The translations under genes and the position numbers were made by a program. 44,521 nt of DNA from Christensenella sp. UBA3770 (GTDB taxonomy: Bacteria > Bacillota > Clostridia > Christensenellales > CAG-1252), in assembly GCA_002371075.1 (NCBI GenBank), contig DFFS01000090.1, positions 1 through 44,521 of the forward strand. The letters are read 5' to 3'. The notes beneath the pieces are model-generated. The model saw only the letters and a program-made list of their open reading frames with translations, was not told the origin of the DNA and searched no databases. Shown here piece by piece: positions 29,453 through 37,466 of the stretch (within the stretch, counting starts at the first letter, position 1; every line of letters starts with the position of its first letter).

Positions 29453-30211
29453 ATGACTGCGCTGTTTTACGTTGTGGTTGGGATCGTCGCCCTTGTCCTA
29501 GGAGGGCTTGTCGCGAGGGCGTCGCACGCTGTTCCGAGAGGGGAGTATAAGGAGCTTTTTGCCCCAAGTTGCCCCTATTGCGGCAAGAGATTACCACACG
29601 CGGCTTCCATTCCGCTGATCGGCTCTTTCCTCATTGCTTTCCGCTGCCCGCACTGCGGCGAAAGGCAGGGGGGCAAAACGCTGACCTCCGAGCTTGTCTT
29701 TGCTGTCGTTTGTTTGCTTTTGCACTTGGTTTACGGCTTTAGCTATCTCTTCTTTGTGTACGTACTGACGGCTGCGTTGCTTTTGATGCTTTCGCTCATC
29801 GACCTTGACATCAGGGAGGTGCCGCATTCGCTGCTGTTTGCGGTGCTGCTCATCGGTGTTTTGCTGTTTGTTTTCAGTTTTTTTGATTTTTCTCTGACCG
29901 GCACGGTTTGGTGGGAACACTTGATCGGCGCAGTGGTCATCAGTGTGCCGCTTTTCGTCCTGATGATGGTGACCGGCGGCGTGGGCGGCGGCGACGTCAA
30001 ATTGATGTTTTGTTTGGGCTTGTTGCTTGCCTGGAAACTTACGATCGTAGCTTTCTTTTTCGGCGTGATCCTTGCCGCGCTCGTTGCGCTCGTTTTGCGT
30101 ATTTGGTGCGGGAAGGGCGGCAAATATCAGTTGCCCCTTGTCCCTTTCCTGTCCCTTGGTGCGGTGATCGCGCTCCTTGTCGGCGAAAAGCTTTTGGCGA
30201 TTGTTTTTTAA
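29453..30211 (+). CDS. pilD: Prepilin peptidase (A24A family)
   Basis: Likely start ATG 29453 (MTALFYVVVG), 1 nt after the upstream stop. CPYC/CPHC zinc motifs, catalytic IDLD and GGGDVKL aspartates, C-terminal PLVPFL, multiple TM helices. Confidence 0.93.
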   Translation: MTALFYVVVGIVALVLGGLVARASHAVPRGEYKELFAPSCPYCGKRLPHAASIPLIGSFLIAFRCPHCGERQGGKTLTSELVFAVVCLLLHLVYGFSYLFFVYVLTAALLLMLSLIDLDIREVPHSLLFAVLLIGVLLFVFSFFDFSLTGTVWWEHLIGAVVISVPLFVLMMVTGGVGGGDVKLMFCLGLLLAWKLTIVAFFFGVILAALVALVLRIWCGKGGKYQLPLVPFLSLGAVIALLVGEKLLAIVF

Positions 30212-30266
30212 GTCTCGATCATCCTTTTTGTTTCTCGCAGATCAACACGTCGCTTTTTGTTTGGTA

Positions 30267-30295
30267 TTGACTTTTGAGCGATAATATGTTATATT
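30267..30295 (+). promoter_or_regulatory. Sigma-A promoter for pilB
   Basis: TTGACT (30267-30272), 17 bp, TATATT (30290-30295) with extended TGn; RBS GGAGG 30323-30327. Confidence 0.7.
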
Positions 30296-30331
30296 ATATT
30301 TTACGTAAGACCATTCTTTTTCGGAGGCAGT

Positions 30332-32005
30332 ATGAGCAAACTTACATTAGGACAGATTCTTTTGCAAAAAGGCTTTGTTAAGCCGGATGATCTCAAACAG
30401 GCGCGAAACGTTCAGATCCAAAACCCGTCCAAGAGTTTGGCGGAGATCTTGATCTCTTTGAACGTTACTTCCGAAGTGAACATTTTAACTGCGTTGGCGG
30501 AACGTATGAACGTGCCTCTTTTGGAGGGCGCCATTTACGTCACCGATACCGACGTCATCAAGCGCGTTCCGGAAAAGATCGCTCGCAAGCATACGATCAT
30601 TCCGTACAAGATCGACAAAAACAAGCTGATCGTCGCGATGCGTGACCCCAGTAACATGGATACCATCGAGGACATCAAGATGGCTGCGGGTATGGACATC
30701 GGTTTTGTCCTTGCAACATCCTCTGCCATCAACGACGCGATCGAAAAGTATTACGCAAACGTCACCGCACAAAAGATGGCGGACGACATGACGCAAGAGG
30801 AGCAAGACGCGGCGGCACAGGCGGCAAACGAGTTGGACGACAGGGTGGATAGCGCCCCGATCGTTAAGATGCTCAACACCTTGGTGCAACAGGCATACGT
30901 CACGCACGCAAGTGATATTCACATCGAGCCTTTCCGAGACACCGTTATCATCAGGATGCGTATCGACGGCGCGTTGCAGGAGTATATGAGGATCTCTCCC
31001 TCCGCGCACAAGAGCTTGATCACCAGAATTAAGATCCTGTCCAACATGAACATCGCGGAAAAACGTATCCCTCTTGACGGCAGGTTTGACTACACCTTTG
31101 AGGGCGAGCTGATCGATATCCGTGTATCCACGCTTCCCACCACCTACGGTGAAAAGGCGGTTTTGCGTCTTCTCGGCACCGCAATGGGCACCGACGTAAA
31201 GCTGACCGACCTCGGTATGCTTCCCGAAAATGCAGAGAAGTTTATGCGCATTTGCGAAGCGCCAAATGGCGTGGTGCTGGTTACCGGTCCTACCGGTAGT
31301 GGTAAATCTACCACGCTTTACACCGTTTTGCAGGATCTCAACAAACCCACGGTCAACGTGACCACCATCGAGGACCCTGTCGAAAAGAAGGTCTTCGGTA
31401 TCAATCAGGTGCAAACCAACCACAAAGCGGGGCTTGACTTCGCTTCGGCGCTTCGTTCTATCCTCCGTCAGGACCCGGATATCATAATGATCGGAGAAAT
31501 TCGTGATAACGAGACTGCCGATATCGCCATGCGCGCCGCTATCACGGGTCACTTGGTGCTTTCCACACTCCACACCAACGACGCCGTTTCCACCATCGCG
31601 CGTCTGATCGATATGGACGTGCCTCCGTATCTTGTCGCCGCCGCTATGAACGGCGTGCTTGCGCAACGCCTTGTCCGTAAGCTTTGCCCCAAATGCAAAA
31701 AGAAAGTGGAAGTCACCGAGGCGCAAAAGAATATCTTAAAGGATCATTCCATCACCGAGGCTTACGGTCCCGTCGGGTGCCCCAACTGCAGCTTTACCGG
31801 CTACAAGGGCAGGACCTCCATACACGAAGTGTTGACCATCGACACCGGCTTGCGTGAGCTGATCACCAAAAACGCCACGATGGAAGAACTGCGTGAATAC
31901 GCAAAGAAGTCCGGTATGATCTTTATGGATGAAAACGTGCGCATCAAGATCAAAGAGGGTGTGACAAGTGTGGATGAGTATATGCGCACCATCTACACCA
32001 TTTAA
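30332..32005 (+). CDS. pilB: Type IV pilus extension ATPase PilB (GspE/PulE family)
   Basis: ASDIHIEP, Walker A GPTGSGKST, TIEDPVE, LRQDPDIIMIGEIRD, TGHLVLSTLHTND, CPKC/CPNC zinc motif, N-terminal MshEN-like region. Confidence 0.97.
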   Translation: MSKLTLGQILLQKGFVKPDDLKQARNVQIQNPSKSLAEILISLNVTSEVNILTALAERMNVPLLEGAIYVTDTDVIKRVPEKIARKHTIIPYKIDKNKLIVAMRDPSNMDTIEDIKMAAGMDIGFVLATSSAINDAIEKYYANVTAQKMADDMTQEEQDAAAQAANELDDRVDSAPIVKMLNTLVQQAYVTHASDIHIEPFRDTVIIRMRIDGALQEYMRISPSAHKSLITRIKILSNMNIAEKRIPLDGRFDYTFEGELIDIRVSTLPTTYGEKAVLRLLGTAMGTDVKLTDLGMLPENAEKFMRICEAPNGVVLVTGPTGSGKSTTLYTVLQDLNKPTVNVTTIEDPVEKKVFGINQVQTNHKAGLDFASALRSILRQDPDIIMIGEIRDNETADIAMRAAITGHLVLSTLHTNDAVSTIARLIDMDVPPYLVAAAMNGVLAQRLVRKLCPKCKKKVEVTEAQKNILKDHSITEAYGPVGCPNCSFTGYKGRTSIHEVLTIDTGLRELITKNATMEELREYAKKSGMIFMDENVRIKIKEGVTSVDEYMRTIYTI

Positions 32006-32021
32006 GCGAGGGAATCGCACC

Positions 32022-32109
32022 ACGTTTGTTTTGTTACCAACTGCAAGGCGGCGGAATCACGTACAAGGAGTACGTTTATTAGCCGCCTTTTTGTAACAAA
32101 AACCTACGT
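32022..32109. repeat. Nested imperfect inverted repeat (REP/MITE-like extragenic palindrome)
   Basis: Arms ACGT/ACGT, TTTTGTTAC/GTAACAAAA, AAGGCGGC/GCCGCCTT and ACGTAC/GTACGT around loop AAGGA, just after the pilB stop. Confidence 0.55.
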
Positions 32110-32123
32110 CGTTTCAGGCAAAC

Positions 32124-32152
32124 AAAAAAGCGCGTTCTGTGCCGCGCTTTTT
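32124..32152. terminator. Bidirectional intrinsic terminator between convergent pilB and pilin genes
   Basis: AAAAAAGCGCG-TTCTGTGC-CGCGCTTTTT: GC stem flanked by A- and T-tracts. Confidence 0.75.
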
Positions 32153-32174
32153 CCTTAAAGATAGTGCTCGGGCG

Positions 32175-32618
32175 TCACGGTGTGTCTTTGGGACCGGACG
32201 CGGATTTGCCGTCTGTTGTGTAATAATATTTGCTGTTGTAGCGAATGTATATGGCGGTAACCGTGTATTTTTGGTTGACGCTTTTTTTGTTTTCCGTATA
32301 TTGGATATAGATGTAATCGTTGCTCAAAGTGGGGCATTCGTCTGTGCCGAGCTTGATTTTGTCCGTGCCGAGGCGTGTTTTTAAAAAGTCTTTCGTAGGT
32401 GAGCCGGACGTGGTAAACCCCTTGTTGATTTGGTTAAAAGCAGTGTTTGTGATGCTCCAGTAATTGCTCAATTTTGACGTAACGGACTTCTTCTCCGAGG
32501 AGCGTAAAATGGCAATTGTAGAGACCGTAACGATCGCGCCGAGAATGGCAATGATGGCAACGACCACCAGCACCTCGATCAACGTAAACCCTTTTTTGTT
32601 ACGGCGAAAAAACTTCAT
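32175..32618 (-). CDS. Type IV pilin (candidate major pilin), 147 aa
   Basis: MKFFRRNKKG|FTLIEVLVVVAIIAILGAI canonical prepilin motif with Glu5. Confidence 0.92.
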   Translation of the reverse strand: MKFFRRNKKGFTLIEVLVVVAIIAILGAIVTVSTIAILRSSEKKSVTSKLSNYWSITNTAFNQINKGFTTSGSPTKDFLKTRLGTDKIKLGTDECPTLSNDYIYIQYTENKKSVNQKYTVTAIYIRYNSKYYYTTDGKSASGPKDTP

Positions 32619-32624
32619 AAATAC

Positions 32625-32692
32625 AGTATATCACCCCTCCGTTTCATTGTCAATATAATATATTGACAAGCAAAGATTGGGAATGTTATGAT
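32625..32692. promoter_or_regulatory. Back-to-back sigma-A promoters built on the palindrome TTGTCAATATA-A-TATATTGACAA
   Basis: Minus strand: TTGACA (32653-32648), 17 bp, TATACT (32630-32625), with TGn. Plus strand: TTGACA (32663-32668), 18 bp, TATGAT (32687-32692), with TGn. Confidence 0.78.
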
Positions 32693-32698
32693 ATATGT

Positions 32699-33292
32699 AT
32701 GAGAAGTCTGTCCTTTTTCGGAAAAGCAAAAAAGGGCTTCACGCTTGTGGAGCTCCTTGCGGTTATGGTGATCATGGCAATAGCCACCGCCATCGTTTTG
32801 CCCAACATCCGCGGGATGATCAGCAAGACGGAGGAATCCACCTACCAAAGTTTTTGCGTTGAAGCAGTCTCTTATACAAGGAGCTATTGCAACATGCTCA
32901 CCCTTGGGGAGGAGACCGTTCCGTACGAAAAGGACGGCAAGACCAATACTTACAACATCACAACCCCTTCCGGTTTAACAAGCGCGCTCAATGAGTACAA
33001 TTTGGCAAGCAGCACGTATCAATACCACGTTCTTTCCTTTGACAGCAGCTCCGCAACGACCAATCCGACAAATACGATCAAAGAACTTCTTTCAAAGAAT
33101 AAACTTGCCAAAAAGGATGTGATGATCACCGTCATCACCGCTACGCAAGGCAAAAACGACAGGGTGGCAAAATATACGCTTTGCGGCTTTTGGTATTATG
33201 ATTACACCAAGGAAGCCATCGTCTATTCTTATTATGCGCCGAGCAAACGCAGTGCCGCAAAATTTCAAAAATTGAACTCAAGCGGTAAGTAG
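32699..33292 (+). CDS. Type IV pilin, ~197 aa
   Basis: Likely start ATG 32699 (MRSLSFFGKAKKG|FTLVELLAVMVIMAIATAIVLP); the TTG at 32663 in the ORF track is the -35 box. Confidence 0.9.
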   Translation: MRSLSFFGKAKKGFTLVELLAVMVIMAIATAIVLPNIRGMISKTEESTYQSFCVEAVSYTRSYCNMLTLGEETVPYEKDGKTNTYNITTPSGLTSALNEYNLASSTYQYHVLSFDSSSATTNPTNTIKELLSKNKLAKKDVMITVITATQGKNDRVAKYTLCGFWYYDYTKEAIVYSYYAPSKRSAAKFQKLNSSGK

Positions 33293-33300
33293 GAGGAAAT

Positions 33301-35547
33301 ATGAACCCCAAACAAACAAAGACCACTTCGAAAAGAGTGATTGCGGCGATATGCGCGCTTGTTTTGGCACTGACGTTTGCCTTTATCCTTACGGCATGTA
33401 GCGCCTTTACCGACGCGATCAAGGGGTTGTTCTCCGGGGAGTCCGCCAATGTTCAAACGGAGCAGAGCGGGACGCAAGGGCAAAGCGGTACCCCCTCTTC
33501 TACGACGGGTGACACCGGCACCGGCGAAGACGCCTCGGGGGAGGATCCGGAGGATACTTCCGTCGTGGCAGATCCGCCCATTGAGGTGGGCAGCACAGTT
33601 GTGCAGATCTCCTCTTCTTTGACCTATGACAAAGCCTCAAAAACCGATATGACGCTTGTTGCCACGCATGAGAACAAATCCTATTACCAAGTTCTCGGTA
33701 TGGGGCTCATCAATGATGGTCCCAATGCTCGCGTTAGGGTCGTTTCCACATCGGTCGGGTCAAGCACCGTTCAGTTGGATGGGGAGCATCTTTCTACGCT
33801 GGACGCCGGCAGTCATTACTTCTATTACTGCGTCAGCGACAGTAAAGGGGCGGTCCATTACGATCCCTTCCGTTTGACCATCGTCAACTCCGAGGCAAAG
33901 CCCACCGACGTAAAGATCGATTACGACGTGGATTGCCCCAACGTTTACGTCACTTTCCATTGTGATTGCGGCGGTGCGCATACGGTTGCTTTTGATGGCG
34001 CCAATTACGCGGCGGCGGCAGGCGCCACGCGTGCACGCATCACCAAGACTGTGGATCCGGCGGCTTCACACAACGCAACCGTTACGTGCGAATCGGGCAA
34101 AAGTACGTCTGTAAACAAAACCTCTCCCGACGCCGCGGCTTATTCCGGTGGCTATTTGAACTATTTGTATTCCTATATGGGACACAAAGCGGACGGATAC
34201 ATTGAAGATGACGACGAGGCGGCTGATCTCTTGGAGTACCTTGCCTACGATGGGACGGTGCTTTCCAAAAAGGTTTACGTTTCTTCCGCGATCCATAGCG
34301 CGATCAACGCCAACGCATCGGCATATCTTGCTTCCGTTCAAGCCAACATCACCGTTCCTTGGAGTTTGCATTTCGGCATTTCCTATTCCGATGTAAGTCG
34401 CGAAGTTACTTTCCGCGTGCAGGACACCAATGCAGGGGACGTGATCTCTTCCGGTTACGCCGACGATCGTTCCGATTCCGATCTTGCCGTTGTAAATCAT
34501 TGCGTTGCAAAGAACGTGCGCGAGAAAGGAAGCGAGCTTGCCATCGACAACAAAAAGAGCGTTGGCGTTCGCAACGTGAAGGAACTGTTGCTGGCGGTGG
34601 AAAAGGGCTATCGCCCGATCGCCGCGGAAGAAACGCTTGCTCTATACAACAAAGCAAGGGACTTTTGCTATACCTATCTGACCGACGATATGACAGACGT
34701 TCAAAAACTCCACGTCATTTACGATTACCTTGCGGGGAACGTCGATTATGATTATTCCGCATTAAACCTCTATTCTTTGATCGCCGAACTTGAAGATATG
34801 TCATTGTCCGCGGCGCAGGATATGATCACTGCGGACATGGCAAACGACGCAAACGGGTATTCCGAAAGTATGAAAGCCGTGATGACCTCCGCCAGGGATA
34901 CCGCAACCTCAACGAGCGATCTTATCAGCAAACTGAAAGACAATTATTTGCAGCGCTTGAGCGCTTTTTCCGCAGAAGGTGTGTTTAACGACGGCGCGGC
35001 GGTTTGCGAAGGCATCTCGTACGCATTTATGCTCCTTGCTCGCATCGAGGGGATCGAGTGCTATCAGATCACCGGTTACGCCACGCAAAGCGGGTGGGTG
35101 TCACATGCTTGGAACAAAGTGCACGTCAACGGCAACTGGTACTGCATCGACGCAACTTGGGGCAACATCCACTTCAGCGACACCAAGTACGTTACGCATC
35201 GCTTCTTTATGGTCGATGAGGCGACTTTTGACGCGGATCACAAGGAGATGATCGGCAAGCTCGGCGCAGGCGTAAAGACGCTTGCCATCGGTGACGTCGA
35301 ATATTACAAATCCGTTGAAACGGCAACGGGACAGAGCCTTTATATCGCAAACAACGCCGATCTCAAGGCGGCGGTCGCTTATTTCCTTGCAGGGGAAAGC
35401 AATTATCTTGAGGTGCTGATCGATCCGGCGTATAAGCCCGATTCCGGTGACTTTATCCTTGCCTATAAGCAAATAAAAGGCACAAATTGCTCTCTCAACT
35501 ACAATAACGAGGGCAGAGTGTTTATCGCGTTCTTTGCAGAATCATGA
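33301..35547 (+). CDS. Lipoprotein with transglutaminase-like (Cys-His-Asp) domain
   Basis: Lipobox LTAC (Cys at 33397), S/T/G/E/D linker, KLHVIYDYL..NVDYD, AVCEGISYAF, SHAWNKV, WYCIDATWG; RBS AGGAGG overlaps the pilin stop. Confidence 0.88.
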   Translation: MNPKQTKTTSKRVIAAICALVLALTFAFILTACSAFTDAIKGLFSGESANVQTEQSGTQGQSGTPSSTTGDTGTGEDASGEDPEDTSVVADPPIEVGSTVVQISSSLTYDKASKTDMTLVATHENKSYYQVLGMGLINDGPNARVRVVSTSVGSSTVQLDGEHLSTLDAGSHYFYYCVSDSKGAVHYDPFRLTIVNSEAKPTDVKIDYDVDCPNVYVTFHCDCGGAHTVAFDGANYAAAAGATRARITKTVDPAASHNATVTCESGKSTSVNKTSPDAAAYSGGYLNYLYSYMGHKADGYIEDDDEAADLLEYLAYDGTVLSKKVYVSSAIHSAINANASAYLASVQANITVPWSLHFGISYSDVSREVTFRVQDTNAGDVISSGYADDRSDSDLAVVNHCVAKNVREKGSELAIDNKKSVGVRNVKELLLAVEKGYRPIAAEETLALYNKARDFCYTYLTDDMTDVQKLHVIYDYLAGNVDYDYSALNLYSLIAELEDMSLSAAQDMITADMANDANGYSESMKAVMTSARDTATSTSDLISKLKDNYLQRLSAFSAEGVFNDGAAVCEGISYAFMLLARIEGIECYQITGYATQSGWVSHAWNKVHVNGNWYCIDATWGNIHFSDTKYVTHRFFMVDEATFDADHKEMIGKLGAGVKTLAIGDVEYYKSVETATGQSLYIANNADLKAAVAYFLAGESNYLEVLIDPAYKPDSGDFILAYKQIKGTNCSLNYNNEGRVFIAFFAES

Positions 35548-37436
35548 TCTTTTCCGCGGCGGGACTTTCACTTTATTTTAACAAAACCACCTTTGGGGTG
35601 GAACGTCTTTCCGTTGAAGGCGATCCCGAAACGGTCTCCTTCGTGTACGGTAGGACGTTTGGGCTCCCTTCCGGCAACAACTTTCTTTTGAAGAGCGATT
35701 TTGCCACAGGACGTTTTTTCGGTGAGTTTTTGTACTTTTCCGACATCGTTTGCTCCGTCACCGTGACGGAAAAGCAGGGCGCGGTCTCCTTTGCATATAT
35801 CTTTAAAAACCAAGGAAAAGAGGCGGTCAACCTGCAAGAGGGAGACCTTGGCGTTTGCACGCCGTTTTTCGATCGCTTTGACGATCCGGAGATTTCGCTT
35901 CGCCGTCGGGTGCACGCTCACGTTCGCACAGCGGGCGCAGCATACGTTTATTGCGAACGTTACTCGGGGGATCTGCCGGCGCTCGGGCTTGTTTTTGTCA
36001 AAGGGGAAAGCTATTCCTATTCGTTGGATCGCGGCGCCGCAAAAGGGGAGAGAGGGCAGATCACGCTGCGTTTCCCCGCCATGACGCTTGCTCCGCAAGA
36101 AGAGTTTGCTTGCGAGTTTTTGCTTTTTCCGTGTAGCGGCAGAGAAGACTTTTTTCAAAAGGCGGACGGCTTTGGCTTTTTAACCGCGCAAGCGGAGGAT
36201 CTCACCGTTTTTAAGGGGGAGGAACTGGTTTTCAGATCCTCTCGCGCTCTCAAATTGCAGACGCAAGAGGGGGAAACACCGTTTGTTGACGGCGTAAGCC
36301 GTTTTAAACCAAAAGCATGCGGCGCCCACGTCGCTACGATCTGTTCCGATACGCAAAAATTGCAAGTAAAGTATTTCGTTTTGCCGGACGATCTTGCCGA
36401 AAACCGCATCAAGTTTGTCACAAAGCGTCAGCAGCTTTCGGAAGGACGTTTCGCGGGGGCTTTTGCCGCGTACGATCGCAAGAGTGATGAGGTGATCGTC
36501 AGGAGCGGGGTGCATAGTCCGTTCAGTTTGGGAGGGTTTCGCGCCGCACCGCTTCTTCTTTTGTTGCGCATAGCGCAAAAGAAAGAGTTGACGGAGGAAA
36601 TCAAGCAAAAGATCTCGCAAGCGATTGCTTTTTACGACAGGGAGATCTATCGCGGAGGGGAGGTCGCCGACGACGTGGGCGGCAAGCGCACGCGCTTTTT
36701 CAAAAAGTATTACAACTATCCTTTGTATGCCGCCATCAAACTGGAGGAATACAATTATTCGGGCGAGCTCGGCGCGCTGATGCAAAGCGCGGTGATCCTG
36801 TCCAACCTTTTCAAGAGCGGGTCCATATATGAGATCACGCCGGCGGAAAGCGTCGTAAACGCGCTTTGTGCGGCGGGCAAAACCACCGTTGCGGGGGAAC
36901 TTACGGAATTGATCTCTGCGGCTGCGGACAAGCTGATCGCAAGCGGCAACAAATACGCTTCGTTTAAGGGGCTTCCGTATGGTCCCGAAATCGTTTACGG
37001 CGCGCTTTCCACCTTGCTTGACGCCTATTTTTTGACGGGGAAGGAGTATTATCTTCTCGTTGCAAAAGAACATCTTGCCCGTTTGGAAACCTTTTCGTTC
37101 CCTTCGACGGATTACGCTTCGCACTATATTCCGGAGATCTTTCAGGAGGATCGCGGCAGCGGTCTTATCTACGATATGTCCCCGCATTTTACAGCGGTGC
37201 ATTTTGCGTCGGTGTATGACAAGTACTATCGAGCGACGCAATGCGAAAAGTATCGCGAGCTATCCCGCCGCATCGTGCTTACCTCAATGAGCCTCTTTGA
37301 CAAAGATGGCGCAAGTTATCGTAGTAAATCCGCCGCGGCGGCGGTTAACGACGTGCCGCTTTCTTCTTATGAAGAAATTTCTTGCGGAGAAGACGTAGTT
37401 TTGTATCACTTTGACTTGCTATTCGGACGCAAGTAG
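35544..37436 (+). CDS. Diverged six-hairpin glycosidase-like protein / hypothetical
   Basis: 630-aa ORF with ATGA overlap to the upstream gene. N-terminal beta-rich part (HAHV, LGLVF..G..YS) and C-terminal helical part (YYNYP, PHF) recall an uncharacterised six-hairpin glycosidase family; recognised from memory only. Confidence 0.5.
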   Translation: MIFSAAGLSLYFNKTTFGVERLSVEGDPETVSFVYGRTFGLPSGNNFLLKSDFATGRFFGEFLYFSDIVCSVTVTEKQGAVSFAYIFKNQGKEAVNLQEGDLGVCTPFFDRFDDPEISLRRRVHAHVRTAGAAYVYCERYSGDLPALGLVFVKGESYSYSLDRGAAKGERGQITLRFPAMTLAPQEEFACEFLLFPCSGREDFFQKADGFGFLTAQAEDLTVFKGEELVFRSSRALKLQTQEGETPFVDGVSRFKPKACGAHVATICSDTQKLQVKYFVLPDDLAENRIKFVTKRQQLSEGRFAGAFAAYDRKSDEVIVRSGVHSPFSLGGFRAAPLLLLLRIAQKKELTEEIKQKISQAIAFYDREIYRGGEVADDVGGKRTRFFKKYYNYPLYAAIKLEEYNYSGELGALMQSAVILSNLFKSGSIYEITPAESVVNALCAAGKTTVAGELTELISAAADKLIASGNKYASFKGLPYGPEIVYGALSTLLDAYFLTGKEYYLLVAKEHLARLETFSFPSTDYASHYIPEIFQEDRGSGLIYDMSPHFTAVHFASVYDKYYRATQCEKYRELSRRIVLTSMSLFDKDGASYRSKSAAAAVNDVPLSSYEEISCGEDVVLYHFDLLFGRK

Positions 37437-37444
37437 AATATAAT
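37411..37444 (+). promoter_or_regulatory. Two overlapping sigma-A promoters for the transketolase genes
   Basis: TTGACT(37411-16)-17-TAGAAT(37434-39) and TTGCTA(37416-21)-17-TATAAT(37439-44); RBS AGGAGG 37452-37457. Confidence 0.65.
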
Positions 37445-37466
37445 TGTTTACAGGAGGAAATCGCAA

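Noticed and set aside
29668-29673. G6 tract in pilD as a phase-variation site
   Set aside because: Too short, and the frame is intact.
32647-32669. Invertible promoter (DNA inversion switch)
   Set aside because: The arms are adjacent with no intervening segment to invert, and no recombinase is in the window.
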